Below, one piece after another: positions 51,012-63,890 of a stretch of 64,000 nucleotides of DNA. The notes beneath the pieces are model-generated. The model had not been told where the DNA came from. It did not search any database and worked only from the letters and a program-made list of their open reading frames with translations. Made by a program: the position numbers and the translations under genes. Origin of the DNA: Octopus vulgaris (taxonomy: Eukaryota); the NCBI GenBank assembly GCA_951406725.2, contig OX597816.1, positions 12,772,001 to 12,836,000 of the forward strand, in the 5' to 3' direction. Numbering within the stretch: the stretch's first letter is position 1; every line of letters starts with the position of its first letter.

Positions 51012-51042
<31 letters not shown>

Positions 51043-51086
51043 GCATTCATATATGCCCCTCCCTCTCTCCCTCTCTCTCTCTCTAT

Positions 51087-51120
<34 letters not shown>

Positions 51121-51131
51121 ATATATTTATA

Positions 51132-51177
<46 letters not shown>

Positions 51178-51753
51178 CACACTCACACGCACACACGAAT
51201 GCATGCACAAAGAAAATAGAATATAATATCTAAAGTGTTCAATTTTTTTTTTTTACGTTTTTGTGATGTTTCAACACTGCACAAACTTATTGTGTTGTAT
51301 AAAGGTTTCTAATGTTTCTACATTTTAATCAACCACTATTCCCCGAAATATCTAGAATTTTCATCATACAAATAGCTGCCACATTACAGAATGGAGAAAT
51401 ATGGAAATATCGCAAGAAACAACAACAACAACAACAAAACTAAACTCAGAAATAAATATTTGATTTGTAATATTCATGGAATAAATTTTCGCTATACAAG
51501 CTCCATAAATTAAATCTTACATCGGTAAAAAAATAAATTTATCTAAGACAATAAGTTTAATTTTCATAGCTTCTTTTATCTCACGTTTCTTATTTTATAT
51601 ATTTTGCTTTTTTTTTTTTATATATTTTGTGCAAGAATATATTTCCTTTAAGAGTTAATAGCAGAAGTAAGAATTCCTTGATGTTTATGAGTGGAATATT
51701 ATTCGTTTTCTCTCATTCGCTTATTCCCCCTGTTTCTCTCACATTCTCTGACT

Positions 51754-51795
<42 letters not shown>

Positions 51796-52113
51796 GTTTC
51801 TCTCTGTCTCTTTCTCTCCTTTACATGGATGTCAAGATAATGATAATGTTATTTTCATTATCATCGCCAACATGGCCCACCAGCAGCCAACAACAACTGC
51901 AGGAACATCACCATGGAAACATCATCCCCAGAATTATCATATCATGATCACGATCATGGCAACATTACCTTCATCATCATCATCATCATCATTATTGTCA
52001 TCGTCGTCACCGTCACCATCATCATTATCATCCTCATCGCCATGATCTTCACCAACAGCAGCATCACCATCACAATAATAGTAGTAATAATAACACTGAT
52101 GATGACGATGATG

Positions 52114-52179
<66 letters not shown>

Positions 52180-52182
<3 letters not shown>

Positions 52183-52400
52183 TCAAGGTTTAAAACAAAC
52201 ATAATTTTCGGTTTAAAAAAAAAAAAAAAAAAAACTTTTTTTTTTTGACATTCATTAGTACAACATCCCCACCCCCCAAATATATGGCACACTAGGCATA
52301 ACAACAACATGAACTTCCAACCCTGTTGTCTCTTGAGGTCTCTGGGTGAGACTTGGAGCCAACTTGTACAAATATAAAGCAAAAGTCAAACATAGAATAA
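52180..52400 (+). mobile_element. 3' end of a (TAA)n-targeted non-LTR element (R4/Dong-like)
   Basis: Bounded by (TAA)n on both sides; ends gtctcttgaggtctctgggtgagacttggag...catagaataataat. Confidence 0.5.
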
Positions 52401-52422
52401 TAATAATAATAATAATAATAAT

Positions 52423-52964
52423 TACCAGGCAGTGGCTCTCATGGCTTCTGATCTTAACTGATTGGAAGTGTTATCATGTACATTGTTTTGTCTTGGTATA
52501 AAAGATGGGCTACAGCAAATATTCTGCTGAATACCACAGATTTGCTTGTCAGTTGTTTGACCTTAACCAGTTGAGCATGTCCCTTGGTGGCTGATGATAT
52601 GTGCATCTCGGATCACGAGCAGAAGTAGTGGGGGAGCATCGTAGCCATGTGTTGAGAGGGATTCTTTGGGGTTTGAGTATTTCACTTGTGGAAACATGGA
52701 TGTTTTGTTCATCATCCTTAAACAACCCTTATTCAGAGACCTTTTGAGCGGGATGGGTTACTCGATCTGAAGAAAATTGTAACTGGGCTCCACCTGCAAG
52801 GTCATGTGCTGTTTATCTTGATATGAGATCACCATGTCGCGCACATATGGTTGTGATGCATGTGCCTGGTGTACCCTTATCAGACGGGTAGTCATGATGG
52901 GTATACTGGGCTTTGTATATTTTACCCCAGTGTCACTTTGATGGCATGCTCTGCTCGCTCACTC

Positions 52965-52967
<3 letters not shown>
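52423..52967 (+). mobile_element. ~545-bp non-coding insert bounded by (TAA)n
   Basis: Complex mid-GC block between (aat)n runs; ends gctcactcaataataat. Confidence 0.55.
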
Positions 52968-53006
<39 letters not shown>

Positions 53007-53044
53007 CTTCATCATCTGTTGCAGCAGTAACACTGGTGTTTTGT

Positions 53045-53097
<53 letters not shown>

Positions 53098-53640
53098 TAT
53101 CTATAGGAGTGGCTGTGTAGGAATTTGCTTGCTTACCAAAAACATGGTTTCGGGTTCAGTCCCACTGCATGGCACCTTGAGCAGCTGTCTTTCACTATCG
53201 GCTCAGGCGTCCAGAGCTTTTGAGTGGATTTGGCAAACGGAAATGAAAGAAGCTCGTCGTATACACACACACACACACATACACACACACAGAGATACAC
53301 ACACAGACACACACACACATACACACACACACGTATATATGTAGGCAAACTCCAGCGTGTTGAATGGCCGTTGTTTTTAAAATAAAAATATAATAAAAAC
53401 AAACGAACTTTTTCCTTGGTACGAAAATGATGTAAGGCGGGCAGAATAAATAGAATCTATTTTTTAGTTACCCAGGTCACTACAAAACTAGTTTCACAGT
53501 TAATGTGCGAACTAAATAAATCAATTTTTAAAACAATTAACAAAATTTAGAAGCACATTTTCCGATTTTCAGTTGTATATACCATATTTCAAGAAAAATA
53601 TAATACCCAGATTTCGAACCAGCTATGTTACTACTGCTGA

Positions 53641-53874
53641 TTACTCTTTTACTCTCTTTTACTCTCTTACTTGTTTCAGTTATTTGACTGCGGCCATGCT
53701 GGAGCACCGCCTTTAATCGAGCAACTCGACCCCGGGACTTATTCTTTTGTAAGCCTAGTACTTATTCTATCGGTCTCTTTTGCCGAACCGCTAAGTAACG
53801 GGGTCATAAACACACCAGCATCGGTTGTCAAGCAATGCTAGGGGGACAAACACAGACACACATACACACACACG

Positions 53875-53919
<45 letters not shown>

Positions 53920-54083
53920 GACGGGCTTCTTTCAGTTTCCGTCTACCAAATCCTCTCACAAGGCTTTGGTCGGCCCGAGGCTATAATAGAAGACATTTTC
54001 CCAAGGTGCCACGCAGTGGGACTGAACCCGGAACCATGTGGTTGGTAAACAAGCTAATTACCACACAGCCACTCCTGCGCCTA
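53641..54083 (-). mobile_element. Full-length, well-preserved SINE-B (head-only copy also at 53103-53340, plus strand)
   Basis: (actctttt)n tail to cacagccactcctgcgcct head. Confidence 0.9.
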
Positions 54084-54557
54084 AAATTGATTGCATCAAT
54101 TTTAAATTGATGTTGGTCTGAAACCTTTACAAGGTTGTCTGCATTGAGGAGGCTCAAAGATTAAATTTCCAAAAGCCGAAACCCGGGTATGCAGATGCCC
54201 TAAACTGCATAATCTATTATAATTGTGCTTTTGAATGTATTAATTCTTTCCGTTACCTCGCCTACTGTTATTTGTCTGTTATCTTCGTGCTTTACGTTGG
54301 TTTAATTAAGACTTTAGCTCTTATTTCTAGCAAGTTGCTGTTTTTCTGCATCCTTACGCATCCTGTCAATTTGTAATTCGTAGCTAGATAATGCTTTTCG
54401 CCTCCGAGCCACCTATGTTACTAATGTTGATAGCATCAATTTTAAAATTTATCTACAGATGATATTAACAGTAGTGACATCTTATTTCAAATCTTAGTGT
54501 TTGGAGGTTTTGTTTACACACACACACACACACACACATACACATATATATACATAC

Positions 54558-54631
<74 letters not shown>

Positions 54632-54807
54632 ATGTATATATACATATATATATATATATACATACATACATATATACATGTAAATATATATATATATATA
54701 TATACATACATATAAATGCATATATACATATATATATGCATACATACATATATATATGCATACATACATATATACATGCATATAAATGTGTATATAGAGA
54801 GACAGAC

Positions 54808-54892
<85 letters not shown>

Positions 54893-55095
54893 TACATATA
54901 CATATACATATATGATATGTATACAGTAACAATGAATGCTGTGCACTGAGTAAGACGGATGAATACTTTCTTTATTTGCGGATTAATAATGCTACTAATG
55001 GCTTTATACAATAAATTCCACGGTTTTTCAAGTGTTCCATTAAAGAACGTGCGTAAAATATTATGGAATTCCACATAGTGTCATACTATATGTTA

Positions 55096-55433
55096 GGACG
55101 CTTGGCTCAGTGGTTAGAGCGTCGAGCTTACGATCGTGATGTTGTGAGGTCGAATCCCGGACCGGGCTGCGTATTGTGCACTTGTCTTGAGCAAGACACT
55201 TTACTTCACGTTGCTCCAGTTCACTCAGCTGTAGAAATGAGTTGCGACATCACAGGTGCCAGCTGTATCGGCCCCTTTGCCTTTCCCTTGGATAACACTG
55301 GTGGCGTACAGAGGGGAGGCCAGTATGCATGGGCGACTGCCGGTCTTCCATAAACAACCTTGCTCAGACTTGTGCCTGGGAGGGTAACTTTCTAGGTGCA
55401 ATCCGACGGTTAGTCATGACCGAAGGGGGTCTC
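55096..55433 (+). mobile_element. Full-length SINE-C (tRNA head, Nin/Deu-like central domain)
   Basis: A box tggctcagtgg and B box ggtcgaatccc; ttgagcaagacactttacttcacgttgctccagttcactcagctgtagaaatgagt. Confidence 0.88.
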
Positions 55434-55554
55434 AGCACACCATATGGGGTGGAGTAAATCTGTTACTAACACTTGAATAGTTCTAGTAATTGTTTCCTAG
55501 TTAATCCATAAGGAAAACATATATATATATATACATATATATATATGTATATGA

Positions 55555-55615
<61 letters not shown>

Positions 55616-55711
55616 AATATATATACAGATATATATATGCATATATATACACACATACATAAATATACATACACACACACATATATATATGCATTTATAT
55701 ATATATCTTTC

Positions 55712-55936
55712 AACATGTGATCTCTTAAGCACCACCAGCTCAAATATTTTCTCCTCTGTCTTCCCTCCTTGGGATCTTTCCTTCTCCTTGTTTCCGACGA
55801 AGAGCTCCGCTCGAAACGTTAAACCCTCCTTCCCTTCTTTTCTGAGCGTCAATAATACTTTAATTGTTCCACATCCTGCGTTGCTGTGTTTTTTTCTCTT
55901 TTTTTCTCTTTCTTTTCTGTGTTTTCTTGTTTGGAT

Positions 55937-55942
<6 letters not shown>
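55712..55942 (+). mobile_element. Third copy of the 17031-family pLTR with variant hammerhead (55790-55824)
   Basis: GTTT-CCGACGA-AGAGCTCCGCTC-GAAACGTT-AAAC; ends gtttggattaact(at)n. Confidence 0.72.
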
Positions 55943-56009
<67 letters not shown>

Positions 56010-56010
<1 letters not shown>

Positions 56011-56600
56011 GAACATTTTGATAAGAAAACGTGATATAAAAGATGTTTCTAGTGTTCGGGCCATGAGAGGAGCAGGAAGCTGGACTGACCATCGTCTTGT
56101 GCGTGGAAAAGAAAATATTTCTCGAGAATGCCTAGAAGTCAACAGACTAGTCCTAAGGTATCCAAAAAGTTAAATATTTCAAACTTCAAATTACCAAGCA
56201 ACTTGCAAAGATTCCACGATGCTGTAGAAAGTACCAATCTTGACCCAAACAATCTATGGGAAGATTTCAAAACAAAAGTATTTCCGGCTACAAGTTCATC
56301 AGTGTGATTTAAATCACATAAGTCCAGTGACTGGTTCTCAGATAGATCAGCGGAAATTCAGCACCTACTTTTAGAAAAACAAAATTTAGGCAATACACTT
56401 CTATCTCAGTCCTTGAACCCCAACTCAAATGTAGCTTGCAGAAAGCTGAAAGGGAAAGTGCAGACTGCTCTAAGGAAAACTAAACAGGAATGGTGGAATG
56501 ATAGAGCAAAAGGGGCACAAGAAGCAGCTGATAGGAATGATGCCAAGGGTCTGTACTCTTATGCTAAGGAGGTGTATGACCCAAAATCTTCAAATTTAAA
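56010..56600 (+). mobile_element. RTE LINE fragment (APE endonuclease C-terminus and linker)
   Basis: IRKRDIKDVSSVRAMRGAGSWTDHRLVRGK...WEDFK...RKTKQEWWNDRAKGAQEAADRNDAKGLYSYAKEVYDP. Confidence 0.88.
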
Positions 56601-56932
56601 AAGCAATATGTACATCATACTTGAAGTAATGAAGTAATGCCCACAACCGCCACTGGGATATTTTCGTCTGCTAGAGATATATTTCCTGTGTATTTGGAGC
56701 ACTGTGCTTCTATAAATAATACGACAGTTTTCTCAATCTTTTCTCAGTTAAGCTGCAGTCGTCTGGGTATTTCGCCACATCTTTCTACATTTACATTACA
56801 CACGTCAATAAACTGAAGCCAGATTTGAATTCGTCTCGTATCCATGGGAATGCTTGAAGTGAATATTGCGTACTTAGAAAATACCTACTAAACACAGCAG
56901 TAAGGTCCAATTGACATATGATACAAATTTAT

Positions 56933-57350
56933 AGGCGGTGAGCTGGCAGAAACGTTAGCATGCCGGGCGAAATGCTTAGCAGTATTTCGTCTGCCGTTAC
57001 ATTCTGGGTTCAAATTCCGCCGAGGTTGACTTTGCCTTTCATCCTTTCGGGGTCGATTAAATAAGTACCAATTACGCACTGGGGCCGATATAATCGACTT
57101 AATCCGTTTGTCTGTCCTTGTTTGTCCCTTCTGTGTTTAGCCCCTTGTGGGTAGTAAAGAAATAGGTACTTCGTCTGACGCTACGTTCTGAGTTCAAATT
57201 CCGCCGAGGTCGATTTTGCCTTTCATCCTTTCAGGGTCGATAAATTAAGTACCAGTTACACACTGGGGTCGATGTAATCGACTCAATCCGTTTGTCTGTC
57301 ATTGTTTGCCCCCTCTATGTTTAACCCCTTGTGGGTAATAAAGAAATAGG
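56933..57350 (+). mobile_element. SINE-A dimer
   Basis: One head and two bodies; junction aaagaaataggtacttcg at ~57165. Confidence 0.88.
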
Positions 57351-57489
57351 TATATATTTACACTTAGTTGGCCTGGAACAGCTTGAATTAAAGTAAATTG
57401 CTTACGTGATTGGAAATATTAATCTTTATTTCTAACTTCAATTTTTTTGCCACTGACACCTTTGGTTACAGCGGCGAATGTTCCAGTAT

Positions 57490-57770
57490 ATCTGAACGAC
57501 CTTACAGCCTGATCGTGAAATTAAAGTACAAACAGTGGACAAGCACGCCACAAGCATGCACAACTTTCACAGAGTTCTCGAAAAATCCATTATGATAGAG
57601 AATGTGACATGGATGGTCCTTTCACATACAGGTACAGCTCACTTTTGCCTGGTGAGTGAACTGGAGTCACGTGAAATAAAGTGTCTTACGCAAAGGCATA
57701 ACGCGCTGTCAGGAATGGAACTCACGCGATTATGATCACAAACTGAATACCCAGACCGCTAAGCCATGCT
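57490..57770 (-). mobile_element. Decayed C/D chimeric SINE
   Basis: tacaggtacagctcacttttgcc..gagtgaactggag..cgtgaaataaagtgtctt. Confidence 0.6.
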
Positions 57771-58245
57771 CCTTCACAACTCCTTGTATATTAGTGATAT
57801 TTCAATCCATTTTTCATCTATGTCCTCACTTTATAATAAGTATCCGTACGCTCTCTTTCTCTCTCACTCACTCTCTCTCCCTCTCTCTCTCTCTTTCCAA
57901 CATCTATTGCAAAACTTAATTCAAATCACAATGTCCGAGTGTCTACTGACCAGAAGCTATGTACAAATTCTAATCAGATTTATAATTTTCAATCTCAATT
58001 TGACAATGTCAGAAAGTTAGAGAATATTTTTATATTATTTTATTCTACTCTACAAAAATATTCCACTGAAATAGATTTTTGGGTGAGATTCTCAACCTGA
58101 AAAAAAAAAATGAAAAAACCTGCTGATATAATCCAGTGACAAGATAAATATATAGCAAGTTAGATAGATAGATGAATGGATGGATGGATGGATGGATGGA
58201 TGGAAAGACAGACAGATAGACAGACAAACAAACTGACAGGCAAAC

Positions 58246-58300
<55 letters not shown>

Positions 58301-59097
58301 GAGATATAGGTAGATAGAGACAGACATATAGATAGATAGATAGATTAGACAGATAGATAGATGGATGGATGGATGGACAGACAGACAGACAGACAGGTAG
58401 ATAGATGGATGGATGGATGGATGGATGGATGGATGAATGGATAGAAAGATAGACAGACAGACAGCCGGATAGATTAATAGGTAGATACTACATAGATAGA
58501 TAAATGAGAATTATTTGAAGCGTTTTTCATCTGATATCAAAGAAAGTAACGATCAAAAGTAATGCTTTCTGTTCTGTGTAAAGAAAGTCATAAACAACCT
58601 ACTGCGATATCAAACTTCTTTTTAAACAAAAAAATATTTTCTGAGTTCTTTTGTTACAAAACCATTCCTGAATCTCTTTAATTCCTTCAAGTATGAACAT
58701 GATCTGATAAATGGGGATTGGATTTCATGCTTCATCGTTGCCTATTAATGAATAGCATTCTGATATGCTCAGGAGTACGGGAACTGGTTTCATTCATACA
58801 TCATGCAATTATACTCTTTCTCACTCTGTCTCTCTTACCTTCTCTTTCTATCTCCCTCTTTCTCTCCCTTTTCTCTGTCTTTCTGTCTATCCTTCACTCT
58901 GTCTTTCTTACATTTTTTTCTCATTCTTGCTCTTTCTCTCACATTCATTTTTTTCTCTTTCGTTCATTCTCTCTATTCCTCTCTCTCTTTCTCTCTCTCT
59001 CTCTATGTATCTATCTGTCTATATATATATTTCCTTGTCGTTGCCGTTCTCGTCGTCATCATCACCACCACCACCACCACCACTACCACCAGCATCG

Positions 59098-59139
<42 letters not shown>

Positions 59140-59541
59140 ACATCATCATCATCATCGTCATCATCATCCTTTAACGTCCATCATCCATGATGACGTGAGT
59201 TGGATGGTTTGACAGGGATCCGTTGTGTCCAAGGACCGCATCAAATTTCAGTGTCTGCTTTGGAACAGATTTTACGGCCGAGTGATCTCCATGTATGAGA
59301 AAAGAGAGAGAGCTTGAGCGAAAGAGAGAGAGAGAGAGAGAGAGATAGAGAGAGAGTTATATGGATAGAGAGAGGGAAAGAAAGAGAGAGACAGGCAGAG
59401 TTACAGAATGAGAGAGAGGGAAAGAAAGAGAGAGACAGGCAGAGTTACAGAAGGAGAGAAGGAGAGAGGGAGAGAGAGAGAGTGGTAAAAGGAGTAAGAA
59501 AGTTTGGCTTACACAAAAGACATATGAATATAATTCTTATA

Positions 59542-59945
59542 AAGCGGCGTGCTGGCAGAAACGTTAGTACGCCAGGTGAAATGATTAGCAGTATGTCTGC
59601 CGTTACGTTCTGAGTTCAAATTCTGCGTGAGGTCGACTTTGCCTTTCATCCTTTCGGGGTCGATTAAATGAGTACCAGTTACGCACTGGGGTCGATATAA
59701 TCGACTTAATCCGTTTGTCTGTCCTTGTTTGTCCTCTCTGTGTTTAACCCCTCGTGGGTAATAAAAAAATAGGTATTTCGTCTACCGGTCTCCTGCTACG
59801 TTCTGAGTTCAAATTCCGCCGATGTCGACTTTGCTTTTCATCCTTTCTCGGTCGATAAATTAAGTACCAGTTACGGACTGGGATCTATGTAATCGACTGC
59901 CCCCTCTCCCAAAATTTCGGGCTTTGTGCCTAGAATAGAAAAGAA
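59542..59945 (+). mobile_element. SINE-A dimer with alternative tail and 16-bp TSD
   Basis: TSD gaatataattcttata at 59526-59541 and 59943-59958. Confidence 0.88.
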
Positions 59946-60123
59946 TATAATTCTTATAATTCTTCCTAATTTGGGTACAAAACCAGCACTTTTGAGGGGA
60001 AGATGAAGTCGATTGCATGATCGTCCTTTGTGCTTAACTGGTATTTAGATTTATCAACACTGAAAGGATGAAAGGAAAAGTCGACCTCGGCAGCATTTGA
60101 TCGAAGAACATAAAGAACCAGAA

Positions 60124-60313
60124 GAAGTTCCTGGCTTGGATAAAAGAAAATACAGGAGGATCAGTTAGTTATGGTTTTATTCAACATATTCCACACACTT
60201 ATTGCAGCGGTCCTTCAGTTTTTCTAAGCCTTGTAAAAGAACTTGGAATTTTTGGCCTCCAGCCAGGTCTTTCGCGACACCCTTAAGGCCAGGAACTTTT
60301 CAGCAACCCCTCG
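60124..60313. mobile_element. Mariner-type MITE with left TIR truncated
   Basis: Right end aaggccaggaacttttcagcaacccctcg|TA; left remnant aagttcctggct. Confidence 0.7.
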
Positions 60314-60637
60314 TAGTTCCAAATGGTTCAAAAGATGGGAGAAGAAGGAGCATTACTAATATGTACAATATTTGGTAAAATTTAGAAATATGATCATGAT
60401 ATTTTTTCTACTCTAAGCACAAGGCCCGAAATTTTGGGGTGAGGGGGCCAGTCGATTAGATCGACTGTCTATTGCCTGCGCCTGCGCCCACTGTCTATTG
60501 CATTACCAGTAATTGCTTACTTTAGAGAAGGAGAAGGAGAGATAATGAAAGAGTATATCAGGAGAATGAAGTCATTATGCTGTTGAAAGTTCATGAGTTG
60601 TGTGGAAAGAGAGACTGGAAGAGAAAGAGAGAGCGAA

Positions 60638-60674
<37 letters not shown>

Positions 60675-61199
60675 AAGAGAGAGTGATATATATTCTAAAA
60701 TGTTTATACTTCAATTAAAACCTTACATCATAATTTAATGTCAGAACCTTTTGTTAATTATATCACCACATTAATACAGGAACCTCGTTAATAATGAAAC
60801 GCCACTTTAATAATTAAAAAGTTAATTATTTTACTAAATGCCTAAAGAATTCTTGATTATTGTCAAAAGGAATTAAAATGCTGTGGTAGCATATTTCATT
60901 AAAGCATAGAAGAAAAGGGTTGGGAATATTCCCGTAACTTCTATGATAAAGTTCAATGCGAGTCACGGAATGGCTTTCGATTACTAATTCCTCGTCCATT
61001 AGCTCAGGTCCGATAGACGATTGCAGTGACAGTCAAACTGATGGCTTCGAGACCAAGGTTCATAAAAGTGCGATTTGTTTTACGAATTGGGAAGAATCCA
61101 AAAACAAAGTATTTTTTATGGGTTGCCATTCATTCCCTACAGCCACTCTGCCTTCCGATGATAGGGGCATTTCCACAATGTTTAGGGTTTCAGAATTAT

Positions 61200-61427
61200 A
61201 GGCGGCAATCTAGCAGAAACGTTAGCACGCCGGGTTAAATGCTTAGCGGTGTTTCGTCTGCCGCTACGTTCTGAGTTCAAATTCCGCCGAGGTCGACTTT
61301 GCCTTTCATCCTTTCGGGGTCGATAAATTAAGTACCAGTTATGTACCGGGGTCGATGTAATCGACTTAATCCTTTGAGGTTGTTTGTCCCCTCTATGTTT
61401 ATCCCCTTGTGGGCAATAAAAAAATAA
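61200..61427 (+). mobile_element. SINE-A monomer with TSD AGAATTATA
   Basis: TSD at 61192-61200 and 61427-61435. Confidence 0.88.
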
Positions 61428-61614
61428 GAATTATACGATAACCCTTCTTGATTGGATAACAAATGCTATGCCTTGCCAAATAGCAACTCGTGATTTTGTC
61501 CGGAACTGCCTATTGAGTATTCTCACGTATATCTACAGACCATTCCCCTCTCCGCAAACTAAGGACCCAATGGATGGGAGTTTTCATCGCAAATCCACAC
61601 CGCAATAGCTGTAG

Positions 61615-61775
61615 AATGATCCACTGCTATTGGTCCCAATGCATGGCCATACTTGAGCAAGACGTCCAAACATCAATACGCCAAACATCAATACGCCAAT
61701 TCGGGATGCCTCCCGAAGACCTCGTTTCACAAATGTAAGACCGAGACGGGTGGATTGTACAGATTGAAACTGAGA
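61615..61775 (+). mobile_element. Decayed RTE-type C-terminal fragment
   Basis: LLLVPMHGHT*ARRP ... SGCLP / EDLVSQM*DRDGW resembles LLWxPxHG..GRP..TG..EDL..M.DR..W. Confidence 0.5.
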
Positions 61776-62576
61776 AAACCAAACCAGATGATGATGGCGA
61801 TGATGATAATGAGGAAGAGATTGAATGACTCCTATTCCTACTTTACCATCCTCTTCTTTGAGCATTGTTCTCTCGCTTTATCATTAAAGAGTATCATCAT
61901 CGTCATTTCAATGTCCACTTTCCCATGATTGAATTGATCAGATAGAGATTTATTGGGATATGTTTTCTACTACCAAATGCCCTTCGTGTCACATGACGAC
62001 CAGACGTATTTTCGCAAAATATTGGAAATGGATGTCATAGCTTATATGTCTGTGACAATAATTTACAGCAATCTCATGATGTCAAGACCTGGAGTCATGT
62101 GATAATTACTGGAGTATTAATAACCTCATATATACAACTGCTATAACTCTTAAAGAATACTTAGGAGAAACCTGCAGTATACGTGGTACTTACACGCACT
62201 CACATGCACTCATACATACATACATAATACATACATACATACATACATACATACATACATACATACGTACGTACGTACGTACATACATACATACATACAT
62301 ACATACATACATACGTACGTACATACATACATACATACATACATACATACATACATACGTACGTACGTACGTACGTACATACATACATACATACATACAT
62401 ACACACACACATACATACATACATACATACACACATACATACATACATACATACATACATACATACATACATACATACATACATACATACATACATACAT
62501 ACATACATTTTATTTATATTATTTATTTCATCTAGTTTCAGCTAACGAGATTTGGCCATGCTGGGGCACCGCCATT

Positions 62577-62582
62577 AAAAAA
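62577..62582 (-). terminator. Pol III terminator (T6) for the tRNA
   Basis: aaaaaa on the plus strand, about 10 nt 3' of the tRNA. Confidence 0.6.
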
Positions 62583-62592
62583 TTCTTTATGA

Positions 62593-62665
62593 AGCCCCCA
62601 GTGAGAATTGAACTCACGACCCCTGATTTACAAGACTAGTGCTCTAACCTCTGAGCTATGGAGGC
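62593..62665 (-). tRNA. trnT: tRNA-Thr(TGT), possibly a pseudogene
   Basis: GCCTCCA-TA-GCTC-AGAGGTTA-GAGC-A-CTAGT-CTTGTAA-ATCAG-GGGTC-GTGAG-TTCAATT-CTCAC-TGGGGGC-T: a 73-nt cloverleaf with one A-C mismatch in the anticodon stem. Confidence 0.85.
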
Positions 62666-62763
62666 ATTCATACATACATACACACACATACATACATACA
62701 TACATACATACATACATACATACATACATACACAAACATACATACACACACATACATACACTC

Positions 62764-62814
<51 letters not shown>

Positions 62815-63221
62815 TACATACATACACACACACATACATACATACACACATACATACACACACATACATACACACACATACATACACACATACATACATA
62901 CACATACATACACACATACATACATACATACATACATACATACATGCATACATACATACATACATATATATACATACATACATACATACATACATACATA
63001 CAAGATGGCGTCATCAGCATCAGATATGCATGCGTAGAGAGCCTTTTAAAATATATTTTTGTAAGGTCCCCTTCTACATTTATGCCGACGCCTCCAGCCA
63101 AAATCAGTAACTGGTTTAGTTCTTTTATCATGAATAAGAGAAACACTTTTTACCTGCGAAGGTAGCGTTATTCGAACCGGAACTTTAAAATACACATTAT
63201 ACCACGTGGAATTTCGCTAAC

Positions 63222-63500
63222 ATGATTATGGCTGAAACTAAGAACAACACCACTGACAACAACAGCAATACAACACCAGAAAGCTATCAAAGAAGACATA
63301 AGTACTCCTGTCATTTTACTTGGACTCCACATCTAAACGAAGATCTAATTCGTTGCTCTCAAAAAGCCCGCGATGACCTTTCTATCGGATATATGACGCA
63401 GTTAAAACAAATATTGGGACGAATCCTATCCTAGCTTAAACACCATTACAGTGAAACAACTTCGGCAACAAGCATCTTTTTTAAAGAGGAAAAATAACTA
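63222..63500 (+). mobile_element. R4/Dong-clade non-LTR element N-terminal (Myb-like) region, frameshifted
   Basis: FTWTPHLNEDLIRCSQKARDDLSIGYMTQLKQ / YWDESYPSLNTITVKQLRQQASFL resembles the R4/Dong pattern WT.EEN..L..CY..A....GY..RM...W....P......L.DQAR. Confidence 0.55.
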
Positions 63501-63658
63501 GCTCCCGTGATGCAAATCGGTCTTCTCCAAATACTGAGAAATGGCCAAAGCAATGCAATCAAACCGCCGACATCTCTAAATTTTTGTGTCTCTCCAAATG
63601 TAGCTGAGTCAACGCAGACAACTGTGGAATGTATTCAACTTAGAAATATCCTGAAACA

Positions 63659-63890
63659 AGGCGCTGAGCTGTCAGAAACGTTAGCACGCCGGGCGAAATG
63701 CTTAGCGGTACTTCGTCTGACTTCGTCTGAGTTCAAATTTCGCCGAGGTCGACTTTGCCTTTCATCCTTTCGGAGTCGATAAATTAAGTACCAGTTACGC
63801 ACTGGGGTCGATGTAATCGGCTTAATCCCCTTGTCTGTCTTGGCTTGTCCCCTCTATGTTTAGCCCCTTGTGGTCAATGAAGAAATAAGA
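63659..63890 (+). mobile_element. SINE-A monomer
   Basis: aggcgctgagctgtcagaaacgttagcacgccgggcg...gaagaaataag; agaaatatcc on both flanks. Confidence 0.88.

Noticed and set aside
55096-55170. tRNA-like sequence with A and B boxes (also 11831-11900 and 39860-39930)
   Set aside because: These are SINE heads that run directly into SINE bodies, with no proper acceptor stem or terminator.
60956-61200. 81-aa ORF in complex sequence
   Set aside because: No motif recognised; it lies upstream of a decayed RTE remnant and is probably old TE-derived DNA.
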